A stretch of DNA of 64,000 nt from a virus. Taxonomy: Duplodnaviria > Caudoviricetes. Every line of letters starts with the position of its first letter. The stretch's first letter is position 1. The notes beneath the pieces are model-generated. The model was not told where the DNA came from and searched no databases. It worked only from the letters and a program-made list of their open reading frames with translations. Shown in pieces: positions 28,501 through 35,207 of this stretch. Position numbers and translations under genes: made by a program. The stretch covers positions 29,245 to 93,244 of the IMG/VR virus record IMGVR_UViG_3300032138_000007, one strand, 5' to 3'.

Positions 28501-31325
28501 TAATTGCACTTGGAGCAAGTTCAGCATCATTAGCAGATTTAAGTGGAGCTGGTATATTTCTTAGTGGTAGTGGTGAATTTAATTTTGAATATGATCAAAA
28601 TAATTATTTTAGACGCAAAGATACAAGTGTTGATATAAAATCTGGTCAATTTGGTTTAAAAACAAGTACTTTAATTATTAGTTCTTCTCAAAATAGTGGT
28701 ATGATAACAATGGGTTCAACACCAAACACAAGTGTAGATGGAACAAACTCTGGTACTTATATGGACGGAACTGGTGATTTCTTGTCATATGGAAATGCAG
28801 CAAATTATTTCAGAAAAGACGGAACATCCCTTGATATAAAAGCAGGAACATTTGATTTAGATGCAACTACTCTTATTATGGACAGTGCACTCAATCACGG
28901 TGTTATACGATTAGGAGCGAGTGGAGGACCAGCTAGCGTATCTGCATCTACCGCTGGTATTTATTTAGACGGACATGGTAATTTACAAGCATATGGAAAT
29001 GCAACAAACTATATTAGAAAATCTGGAACTTCTCTTGATATAAAGGCCGATACTTTTGATTTAGACGCAACTACTATCATTATGGATAGTGCTCTTAATC
29101 ATGGAGTTATAAGATTAGGTGCAAGTGGAGGACCGGCTAACGTATCCGCATCTACTGCTGGTATTTATTTTGATGGACATGGTAATTTCCAGGCATATGG
29201 TGGGGCAGCAGATTATATTAGAAAATCTGGAGCATCTTTAGAAGTGAAAGTTCAAAACTTTGCATTAAGTGGTACAAGTGGAACTTTATCACTTGGAACT
29301 TTAGCTAACGCAAGTGATACTGCAGATACTTCAACAGGATTTTATGTAGATTCAAGTGGAAACTTCTTGGCAAAATCAGCTGCAACCAGTGGAACAGGAT
29401 ACATTCAAGCGAGTGGTGGTGATGTTGTTATAAGAGCAGGAAATTTTGGTTTAGGAACAGCAACTATGGTTGTTAGTAGTTCCGTTAATAGTGGAACTAT
29501 AAGAATGGGTTCTAATGGAGGTCCATTAACTGCAACTGCTGCTACTCAAGGTATTTACATGGATGGAACTGGGGCGTTTCAAGTTTATGGTGATTCAAAA
29601 AATTATTTGAGAATTAATGGTGGAACAGTTGATATATTAACAGATGAAATAACAATTGCAACAGCAGGAACTAATAAAGTTAAATTATTAGCAGATGGAA
29701 CAAACACACCAACATTTGCAATGGGAGCAACTTTAAATACAAGTATTAGTGGAACTAATAAAGGTGTTTTCATGAATGGTGAAGGTGATTTCTTACTTTA
29801 TGGAAGTGCCACAAATTATTTTAAATTTGATGCAACTGCAGCGTCCATTGACATAAAATCAGATACATTTGATTTAGACGCAACGGGTGAAGGATCCGGA
29901 ATGATTTTGGAATCTGCTACAAATAAGGGTAAAATAGCACTTGGATCAACACCACCTTCACATGCATCGAGTAGTACAGGGTTTTATGCAGATGGTGCTG
30001 GTACTATGATGGTTGGAAATTCAAGTGGTAATAGAATGCAATACTTAGCTGATGGTACTATTTATATGAAATCTTCTACTTTCAACTTAGATGCAACCAC
30101 ACTAATCCTTGATTCTGCAGCAAACAATGGTAAAGTTCAATTAGGACCAAGTGGTGGTCCTGGTAGTCCAACTGGAACAAGTAATGCCGGTGCATATCTT
30201 GATGGACAAGGTAGATTTAATTTTGTCGGTAATGCAAACAATTATATAAGATTTAATGCAACAGGATTAGAAATAAACACTACTTATTTTGATGTAAATA
30301 CTGCCGGTGAAATTACTGCAACACAAGGTGCAATTGGTGGATGGTATATTACAAGTACTGCAATTCAAACTACTGCACCTGGTGCACCTAAAGCGGCTGC
30401 TGATATGACTCTGAGTAATACTGGTTATATTGCAATGGGAAGTACAACTCCACAAACATTTGGTTCTGGTGGTGTTCAATTAGGGACATATGGTAGCAGT
30501 GCTGCTAAGTTTTTAGTAGCCAATGCAGCGGATACTGCAGGACATATAAAATTTGATTCAGCAGATGGACAGTTACATATAAGTTCTTCAACGGTTTTAA
30601 TTGGAACATCTGGAAGTGCTGTGGGTGGATATCAACCTGCAGGAGCATTTGTAAGTATGTCAGCTGAGGGTCAGATGGAAATAAGTTCATCTGGAGTTCA
30701 TATTAAACCTGGAGGAGATGCAGTTTTTGCTGGTGGAGATATAACTTTTGAACAAGGTGGAGATATTGCAAGTACAAATTATTTAATTGAACGTTCAAGA
30801 TTATTCGGGTCAGGAGGTGATTCCCCAACGGTTCAGGCTAGCGGAACGGCTGATACATTAACAACTGGTACTGGTCAAGCAGCAAAATATTCCGCAGAAG
30901 ATGGAATAGTAATGATAACAAATACTTCAGCGAATATATGGACACTATCACGAGATGTTTATATGCAAGATTTAACCGTTAATAGTGGTGTGTATCTTGA
31001 AACAGCTGGATATAGAATATTTTGTAGAGGAACTTTAACTAATAATGGATGGATACGAAATGATGGCCATGATGGAACTTCTGGAACTGGTAATAGTGCA
31101 GGTGCTGGTGGAGATGGTGGCCACGGTGGTTCACTAGCCGCAGGAACAGACGGTGGAAATGGTGGTCGTGGTGGTTATGAAGCGGGTGGAACTCATGGTG
31201 GAGGCGGAGGCGGAGCTGGTGGTACTGGTGGTGCCATATTAATTTCCGCAAGATACATCGCTGGTGACGGAGGAATCCGTGTTACAGGGGGTGATGGTGG
31301 TAATGGTGGAACATTACAACCATAA
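19542..31325 (+). CDS. Giant (3927 aa) tail fibre/spike-like virion protein
   Basis: G.IGGW/F beta-repeats, about twelve ~100-aa ISS..SMSLG repeats, GEAEFEKVTIRG and PYIDI tail-protein motifs, Gly-rich C-terminus; GGAG RBS with TTG start. Confidence 0.8.
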   Translation: MAVPKREAEFLGLRNLDVFKEDTTFDSTYFRVLECPPILTQGKSSFLIGGSNRLKSGIDIKMELIKDDSDEILYLQPVLGHLEGDLRRVSIEVYEDVKPGPYTLYIVGEIDSTVENVPPEWQGAYNVRWSKQITVNGMGTNIQPIYFYKQPSISVSEIFTGFVEIPSSSATPIYLTGSGEPRQGLSSIPPVENVTVGGSGVSTYPTLDFANKAKLSIIEENKPLVKLSGKHGLIGAQGQQVQTMSPVPNDFVITVSGDSSVNSLYVGHDITINNPQVDTSKFTLQSYHSVPTVYSSSVMKVLNNTSFVPKDVFYVYDNRTSPPTLEPAPLDSTYPISASYLTLPTQTTSSINLLSFGDIQISDLKTFSGDVHKIKIYAKSEGSLGDFQLIYDAPVESYQVLQDKSEDTLLNNMGYFLDTSRLQNYWEMYQGEDGGESTTLNYDATYINDSMKISGSNKEYGDTLRVQNKTAVDFIAGNLYSFKAKVYGISKAKKDIDGNIISAASLEVLAKGDAFEKVETTSTNWGDVKLSVPDFPTGANQYDFGIVEGSFLADNTATGYLQFKVDSGEWYVSDISLKAATDTAFNPDYVRLKAPVPPLLQRPDRVRFLVEFYDVNNNIADSVVFTEPFDFQGANINIGGTDNILSGSMFIGNALAAGIEMAGVSSAFVRSMGYHGFSSGSGKGNNAGDGTYSGFLMWSGSVLTDSGDDYKGVGLELVGHSESYFRFRTDPSELDIRADSFFVGSENSQYISGSGSQIEISSSNFHVSSSGDVSMTGTITADAGNIGDWKIIDGKLSGSNATLDAVGAALYHTTLGPGSDTSAAFDQLRNEYYIDFTPSEGETATAGKYYVKFGPNFSVSESGVLFASGAVFEGTITASAGSIGGASIESRSLAYSPFWRISSSADQTDPASFISSSAFKVSAGGNITGSEVLFTGGTIGGFSINETQLYSGTDILLDSNNKRLSLADGSVFLDGDLSDGTIYVGRSVTANLSTPSGFGARFKGNGNFILVSGSGQYIRSVGDGLEFVSQNVNISGSSVKIYTPEFFLGGSGQYISGSNSNIEISSSKFYVDTDGNVTGSDVRFTGGRIAGWVISGNKLLSANNSMRINGHTSTPKITVHSHTFENEGVQLGYNSSGKIGFYAGDGANDYIHYHEDDGLDIKTAVFKLDTAQFDIDSSTASGKLSMGSTPPSAYNSGTGIYMDGTGKLLIGAHNGDRIQFDGTNFTVQVGSLELDANNIEISSTNASMSLGEGNILLDGANSRVKVGSSATKQITLQGHADYGYIATGKTSATSTTAGFWLANNDTDPEFAVGDATNYIKFDGGDLDIASEKLEISASTFQVSTAQASMSLGHNSTYPLGRLMMEGLGTPTFKMGPDVDVISMTTGSGIYMDGDGNFKFGDNDGQVKFQNGSFSITGSDVAIQVTDINVKANGFELSSQQASMSLGTNQQWKAYGGSANPYMSIGMGGSGSYGSDGLWLAYNDTIGKPRVSFVGSTGHFKFTGTDLDVKTGTLALAASNIQLSSAQASMSLGGVPGAAANILLDGGNSKIEVGSANKVTIQGGTTDNYMVMGSKTSFTHFDQSTQGIIIGMDSTVPKIEITKNSANYLSFDGTNFDIKLSQGFELDATNIEISSTNASMSLGGSNDIILDGANNKITVGSGNSITIQGGAADNYMVMGSKSSFTHEGSGTAGIIIGMDATNPQAEFVKSSTDYFIFDGGSGVDIKTTNFNLDANTGDLQISSTHKSMSLGDGKVKLQGASSPYMVLNSGSNAITLKTDGTDSFMVMGSKTDFDEYDKSTVGIILGMDTAVPKFEMAKSGDDYLRWDSTDGLDLRTTKMEVSASNVQISSTQASMSIGDPTSTGGAIVLQSQGTDKMLKFGNKATFDQDAIAGLIMGINGDTSNAPEFDYTVGTGNDQYVRMLTSGIFMKVPNFKLDTALLDIDSATSRIDIYDNSGGVDGSDLRVRIGEIDPTAGNQYGLVVYDGTGSGSADEIAHFGSDYNKIASWSISPTQISSENLILDSGGTMQTSDFASGVQGWRITSANNGEAEFEKVTIRGTLSTTVFEKESVNAVGGQLYVANSTIYTGSAQISATETTMSVANVGGFAAGEILSAKKVSDTGFQTEYLYVQSASRDVPSSDKNFMGKLYVVRGYSGSLPGTHDTGSLGDSAQSAQSYENGQVIVSTGKVGTGYVRINANPNDSTTPYIDIVERTGSAIYDISLKARLGDLSGLSSGLLYGNSSPGFGLFTENVFLQGGITATTGSFTGKVHIRTDASNQIIMGTDVDGGTNDGFYLNANNYWYTNDKFRIGDTNYYLKWDSSNIEIVPQKFELNAGSGDIQISSTQKSMSLGNGDIHFHSPNSTTSYMRLGSNTSKAIYITGSSTEGVIRSGKTSVTSNTAGFWLANTDGDQEFVVGDATDYIRYSGSAVDVQTRAFELDANNGDLQISSTQRSMSLNDGKIVLSGSTAPFIQIGNSANYSIKLQTDGTDQFMTMGSKTSFTHEGSGTGGILIGMDNDNPQAEFVSDDLQTYFIFDGDSGLDVKTTAFELAANTDDLQISSTQKSMSLASGKVLLDGGGNYGYIRVGGSVSLAGAIHISGSTATSIIRAGKSSYSDTTNAGFVLEKTATDSKFYVGDTSDGSFIKFDSDTGIEIGTQKFELAANTDDLQISSTQKSMSLAGGNVLLDGSQTAGYIRVGSNATTRDNIQLSGSNTLAVIKAGVSGSYADAVSSGDNGFILERNLTSTKFHLGNATEYIRFDGSDIDISADSLSITASNVNITAADGMEVDAPDFEISTAHKSMSLGYTTNTAYGVTMVGAGNSYISFGPKTSPNFQLYSAGATENYLKIGSQTFGGTQGGIILGEASSGVYKFEIYKDADEYFRFATDGGGLDIRTLSMSLETPGLKIHGYETLGASNYIALGSATSATAGEGYWADGGGSFRVGTATSGVASPSYMYFNSGDDSLTVKTDTLILDTAKIDIDSRHGGIIALGASSASLADLSGAGIFLSGSGEFNFEYDQNNYFRRKDTSVDIKSGQFGLKTSTLIISSSQNSGMITMGSTPNTSVDGTNSGTYMDGTGDFLSYGNAANYFRKDGTSLDIKAGTFDLDATTLIMDSALNHGVIRLGASGGPASVSASTAGIYLDGHGNLQAYGNATNYIRKSGTSLDIKADTFDLDATTIIMDSALNHGVIRLGASGGPANVSASTAGIYFDGHGNFQAYGGAADYIRKSGASLEVKVQNFALSGTSGTLSLGTLANASDTADTSTGFYVDSSGNFLAKSAATSGTGYIQASGGDVVIRAGNFGLGTATMVVSSSVNSGTIRMGSNGGPLTATAATQGIYMDGTGAFQVYGDSKNYLRINGGTVDILTDEITIATAGTNKVKLLADGTNTPTFAMGATLNTSISGTNKGVFMNGEGDFLLYGSATNYFKFDATAASIDIKSDTFDLDATGEGSGMILESATNKGKIALGSTPPSHASSSTGFYADGAGTMMVGNSSGNRMQYLADGTIYMKSSTFNLDATTLILDSAANNGKVQLGPSGGPGSPTGTSNAGAYLDGQGRFNFVGNANNYIRFNATGLEINTTYFDVNTAGEITATQGAIGGWYITSTAIQTTAPGAPKAAADMTLSNTGYIAMGSTTPQTFGSGGVQLGTYGSSAAKFLVANAADTAGHIKFDSADGQLHISSSTVLIGTSGSAVGGYQPAGAFVSMSAEGQMEISSSGVHIKPGGDAVFAGGDITFEQGGDIASTNYLIERSRLFGSGGDSPTVQASGTADTLTTGTGQAAKYSAEDGIVMITNTSANIWTLSRDVYMQDLTVNSGVYLETAGYRIFCRGTLTNNGWIRNDGHDGTSGTGNSAGAGGDGGHGGSLAAGTDGGNGGRGGYEAGGTHGGGGGGAGGTGGAILISARYIAGDGGIRVTGGDGGNGGTLQP
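28788..29195 (+). repeat. Tandem 204-bp (68-aa) internal duplication
   Basis: YGNA.NY.RK.GTSLDIKA.TFDLDATT.IMDSALNHGVIRLGASGGPA.VSASTAGIY.DGHGN.QA occurs twice. Confidence 0.9.
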
Positions 31326-31342
31326 TAGTATAGGAGAATAGA

Positions 31343-31939
31343 ATGAATTTATATTATAAAAAAAGAAAAAAACAACAAAGTAAATATAGTGTTGTTTGGA
31401 AATCGACTCGAACCTTTCGAATGGCAGAAGGTGGAGCTGCAGGAGCACTTGGTGGTGGCGGTGGTTCATCTTCCGCAACAACTCGTGTTAATGTTGTTGA
31501 TCCACACATTCTTTTAATGTGGAGAGATGTTATGCATACAACTGAAACCGCACCCAGACTCAAAGTAAGTGGTGGATCAGGAGGAGGCGGAGGCGGTGGC
31601 CAAGGTGCACAAGGTACAACCAATGGTGAACCTGGTACACCTGGCGCAGCTGGTGATGATGTTTCAAATTGTGTAAATTCTACGGCTGGTAAAAATGGTG
31701 GTGCTGGAGGAGCTGGTGGTGGTGGTGGATCCGTTGCCGGTGGAGGCGGAGGCGGTGGAGCTGGTGGTAATGGTGGAATAATAATGATTATTACTACAAC
31801 CGCATCAACTCCTTGGACAACACATAACGTTGAAGGTGGTGCCAGAGGAACTGGTGGAGCCGCGAGTGCCGCGGGAGCCGATACAGGAGGTCAGGGAACA
31901 GCAGGATCAGACGGCAAAGATTATTGGATACGAGTTTAA
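31343..31939 (+). CDS. Glycine-rich fibre-tip-like protein with a basic N-terminal leader
   Basis: Poly-Gly tracts; GGGGGGAGGNGGIIMI repeats the GGGGGGAGGTGGAILI motif of the giant gene; AGGAG RBS. Confidence 0.65.
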   Translation: MNLYYKKRKKQQSKYSVVWKSTRTFRMAEGGAAGALGGGGGSSSATTRVNVVDPHILLMWRDVMHTTETAPRLKVSGGSGGGGGGGQGAQGTTNGEPGTPGAAGDDVSNCVNSTAGKNGGAGGAGGGGGSVAGGGGGGGAGGNGGIIMIITTTASTPWTTHNVEGGARGTGGAASAAGADTGGQGTAGSDGKDYWIRV

Positions 31940-31972
31940 TTAATATATATGTATATATAACAAAGGTAATAA

Positions 31973-32437
31973 ATGGCTAATTATATAACAACAGATACAA
32001 CAGACCCTAATCAAACTAATATTAGGATGACAACCAATCTTATGATTGGGGCAGATTCAGATCCTGCTCAAGAGTTACACGTTACGGGTGATGGAGTATT
32101 TACAGGTAATATTACTGCATATTATTCTTCAGACATAAGTTTGAAAGATAATATCAGACCGATAGAAAGTGCCATTTTTAAAGTTAAACAAATTAGAGGT
32201 GTTACATTTGATTGGAACGAAAAATCAAATAAGTTACAACAAGAAAAAGGTCATGATGTAGGTTTAATAGCACAAGAGGTTGAAAAGGTTTTACCAGAAG
32301 TTATTCAGATTCGTAAAGATGGAATTAAAGCAATATCATATGAAAAAGTAGTTCCATTATTGGTAGAAGCCATTAAAGAACAACAAACCACTATTGAAAG
32401 TTTGGAGAGTAGAATAAAATTGTTAGAGGAAAGATAG
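31973..32437 (+). CDS. Short fibre stub with intramolecular chaperone (peptidase S74/ICA) domain
   Basis: ITAYYSSDISLKDNI..I.GVTFDW..GLIAQEVEKVLPE..Y..VVPLLVEAIKEQQ. Confidence 0.9.
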   Translation: MANYITTDTTDPNQTNIRMTTNLMIGADSDPAQELHVTGDGVFTGNITAYYSSDISLKDNIRPIESAIFKVKQIRGVTFDWNEKSNKLQQEKGHDVGLIAQEVEKVLPEVIQIRKDGIKAISYEKVVPLLVEAIKEQQTTIESLESRIKLLEER

Positions 32438-33568
32438 ATGGCACTTCAAGACGGATTTAAAGTATTAAGTTTGACCATTATAGACGGTGGAGGCGGATGG
32501 GGTGGAGATACAACTGGTAAGTTAGTTATGAGATCACCTGGATCACAATCTATTTATGTTGGTAGTGGTTTTACAGGAACTTGGGAATCAGACCCAGGTG
32601 GAGTAATTGATGGAACTGCAATAACTGCAGCAGGTAAGAATTATTCATCTGGTTCTTGGGCATTTTCAACACATGGACGGGCAATTCCTGGAGAATTTTG
32701 TAGTATTGGAATTATGGGAACAGGATCAGGTTCATTAATAATACCAAAAATAGGACAAGATGCTTCAATCTCATTTAATCAATTAAATACAGAAAGGGGA
32801 GTTGGGGCTACCAGTGAAGCTTCTATTCACCAACTATATGAAGATTTTTCATCAATAGCAGGTTCAGTTCATACGGATGTAACAGGTAAACCTAATTTTG
32901 ATTGGTTTCAAGGTGGTCCCAGGTCGGCTTCTGGTGTAGATCCAGGAGAAGGCGGAATATATCAATCTCATCCAATTAGATTAGATGAATTTTATGGTTC
33001 TAATTATTCACAATATGGTGGTTTGGGTTGTCTTGGAATAGGAACACCTATAACAATGGCAGATGGTTCTACAAAGAACATAGAAGATATTAATATAGGA
33101 GAGTGGGTAAGAGCAGCAACCGTTCCTGGTATGCCATTAGACTTTGATGAAGAAAATACTTGGTCAGTTTGGGAAGGAACACCACACGGAAACCCACCCG
33201 GTTCAGTATGGGCAACTGCATATTATGATATACAGGAAACTAATCGAGTTACACCAGCAAGTGCATCAGTTATGGATATATATTTTGATTGGTATGAAAA
33301 TTATTATTTGATAAATAATTCTTTAAAGGCAACATTTGAACATCCATTTTTTGTGTTAAGAGATGGTAATTATCATTTTAAAACAACAGCTAGTTTGTTA
33401 CCTGGTGATAAATTATTTAAAACAGATAATGAATTTGAACAGATAGAAACGATTGAATTTATAAATGAACCATTAGAAACTGTCAATTTAAATGTAGAAC
33501 CTTTAGATGTTTATTTTGGAGGTGGTTATTTAATGCACAATGTACATGGAAAAGAAGCTGAAAGTTAA
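32438..33568 (+). CDS. Fibre-associated protein with C-terminal Hint (intein-like) domain
   Basis: CLGIGTPITMADGSTKNIEDI..TFEHPF..LMHN at 33029-33541. Confidence 0.85.
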   Translation: MALQDGFKVLSLTIIDGGGGWGGDTTGKLVMRSPGSQSIYVGSGFTGTWESDPGGVIDGTAITAAGKNYSSGSWAFSTHGRAIPGEFCSIGIMGTGSGSLIIPKIGQDASISFNQLNTERGVGATSEASIHQLYEDFSSIAGSVHTDVTGKPNFDWFQGGPRSASGVDPGEGGIYQSHPIRLDEFYGSNYSQYGGLGCLGIGTPITMADGSTKNIEDINIGEWVRAATVPGMPLDFDEENTWSVWEGTPHGNPPGSVWATAYYDIQETNRVTPASASVMDIYFDWYENYYLINNSLKATFEHPFFVLRDGNYHFKTTASLLPGDKLFKTDNEFEQIETIEFINEPLETVNLNVEPLDVYFGGGYLMHNVHGKEAES

Positions 33569-34110
33569 TGTATAAGTATTTAGAGGGTAATGTTAATCCT
33601 ACTTATGAAAGGTTTAATAGTTTTTTAAATGAATACTTTTTAGATAATTTAATTGATGGTTATGAAATTTATTTATTTGGAGCATTCCCTGATACAATAG
33701 AAACTAAAGATGTTGATATTAGATTGATTGGTAAACCATCAGATTACAATGAACTTGGTAATTATATGAAGGAAGTTTCTGAAGTTGGATTAAAAAAATA
33801 TAATATGTATATTGATATTTTTTGTGATGAGGAAGGTAAACTTATAAAATATATTGATGAATTTAATAGAACTCTAAAGGGTCCACGTTTTTTTAGTATA
33901 CAATATGTTCATTATTTAAGATTATATCAAGATGGTGTTTTGTTAAGAGATTCAAGAGAATCTCATACTAATAAAAAAATTGAAAAAGTTGGGGATAATT
34001 TATGGAGAATACAAAGAACAATGCAATTAACAAAATGGGTAAAAAAAGATGGTTTACCAAAACCTTATAAGTTAGAAGAATATTTAAATAGTAATTATTA
34101 TAGAGAGTAA
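33568..34110 (+). CDS. Pol-beta superfamily nucleotidyltransferase-like protein
   Basis: IYLFGAF....TKDVDI plus a third Asp in YIDIF. Confidence 0.6.
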   Translation: MYKYLEGNVNPTYERFNSFLNEYFLDNLIDGYEIYLFGAFPDTIETKDVDIRLIGKPSDYNELGNYMKEVSEVGLKKYNMYIDIFCDEEGKLIKYIDEFNRTLKGPRFFSIQYVHYLRLYQDGVLLRDSRESHTNKKIEKVGDNLWRIQRTMQLTKWVKKDGLPKPYKLEEYLNSNYYRE

Positions 34111-34113
34111 AAT

Positions 34114-35121
34114 ATGAGTTATGATGTTTATTACAGTACAGGAGGTGGTTCTTTAGTTTATGGTGGAAGTGATGTTTGGGTTAATAATTGGTTACGAGAA
34201 GTAGCCCCCAAACTTAATCATCCATCTAAGTTATTGATTCATCGCCGTAATCCAGATAAAAGAGTAAAGTTTGATAGTCCAATAGAAGTTATATGGCAAG
34301 GTGATAACCCAAAAGAATTTGAAAAACTAGCAAAAAATGCTCGTAAGATTCATATTTTACACGGATATTATACACCACATAAGATAATAGAAGATAATCA
34401 AGATAAAATAGATTCGGTATGTATTCATGTATCAGTTCAATTAAGTTTAAATGCTGGTTTTCACTTGGGATTACCTAAATTAATGCATTTTTCAGCAAAT
34501 AGAGCATGGGAACGAAGAATTGCTCAGATATCAAAGAAGGTGATTTGGATTGGGTTAGATAAGATTCCATTACATGACCAAGTAGACATAATTGATATAC
34601 CTAACTATTATGAATTTACACAAAATAAAAAAGTATGTATGAGTAATAGAGTGGGATATGCGGCACGCATGGAAACCCGTAAATCACCACATTTTTTAGA
34701 AGGTGTAGATAGTTACGTATTTACCGATTTAGAGGATTGGAAGTGGTGGAAAGAAAGATGTGGATATAAATTTGATAAGACAAGATTATATCAATTTAAT
34801 TATAAGAACATACATAGATTCTTTAATAGAGAGGATTGGGGGATAAGTCATAGCTGTCATCTACATGAACCATTTGGTTATTCTATATTTCAAGCATTAG
34901 ATTATGGAAAACTACCTATATTACAAAAAGATTGGCTGTTAAACTATGAATATCCATTCAGAGCTTTTGATAAGAAAGAATTTGATGAACAAATACATAA
35001 TATATCAGAATTAAGTGAGAAAGAAAGACAAGATTATTTAGATGGATTGAGAGATTATTGTAGAACATATGATAATAAGGAAGAATGGGTAGAGAAATAC
35101 TTGGAAATTTATAACAGTTGA
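34114..35121 (+). CDS. GT-B (GT4-like) glycosyltransferase
   Basis: YGGSDVW, YAARMETRK, HEPFGYSIFQALDYG. Confidence 0.7.
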   Translation: MSYDVYYSTGGGSLVYGGSDVWVNNWLREVAPKLNHPSKLLIHRRNPDKRVKFDSPIEVIWQGDNPKEFEKLAKNARKIHILHGYYTPHKIIEDNQDKIDSVCIHVSVQLSLNAGFHLGLPKLMHFSANRAWERRIAQISKKVIWIGLDKIPLHDQVDIIDIPNYYEFTQNKKVCMSNRVGYAARMETRKSPHFLEGVDSYVFTDLEDWKWWKERCGYKFDKTRLYQFNYKNIHRFFNREDWGISHSCHLHEPFGYSIFQALDYGKLPILQKDWLLNYEYPFRAFDKKEFDEQIHNISELSEKERQDYLDGLRDYCRTYDNKEEWVEKYLEIYNS

Positions 35122-35128
35122 TATTTAT
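35121..35128 (+). promoter_or_regulatory. ATATTTAT putative phage promoter motif
   Basis: Intergenic copy upstream of 35208. Confidence 0.6.
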
Positions 35129-35152
35129 TAGTGTTAAACACACACAACGGGA

Positions 35153-35194
35153 CGCGTAGTTTACGACAAGTCGTCTTTTTTACGCGAATTTTTT
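35153..35194 (+). promoter_or_regulatory. GC-rich leader hairpin followed by a U-tract (attenuator/terminator-like)
   Basis: CGCGTA(35153-58)/TACGCG(35181-86) outer stem, ACGA-caag-TCGT inner stem, then AATTTTTT and the RBS. Confidence 0.5.
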
Positions 35195-35207
35195 AAGGAG
35201 AATTTTT

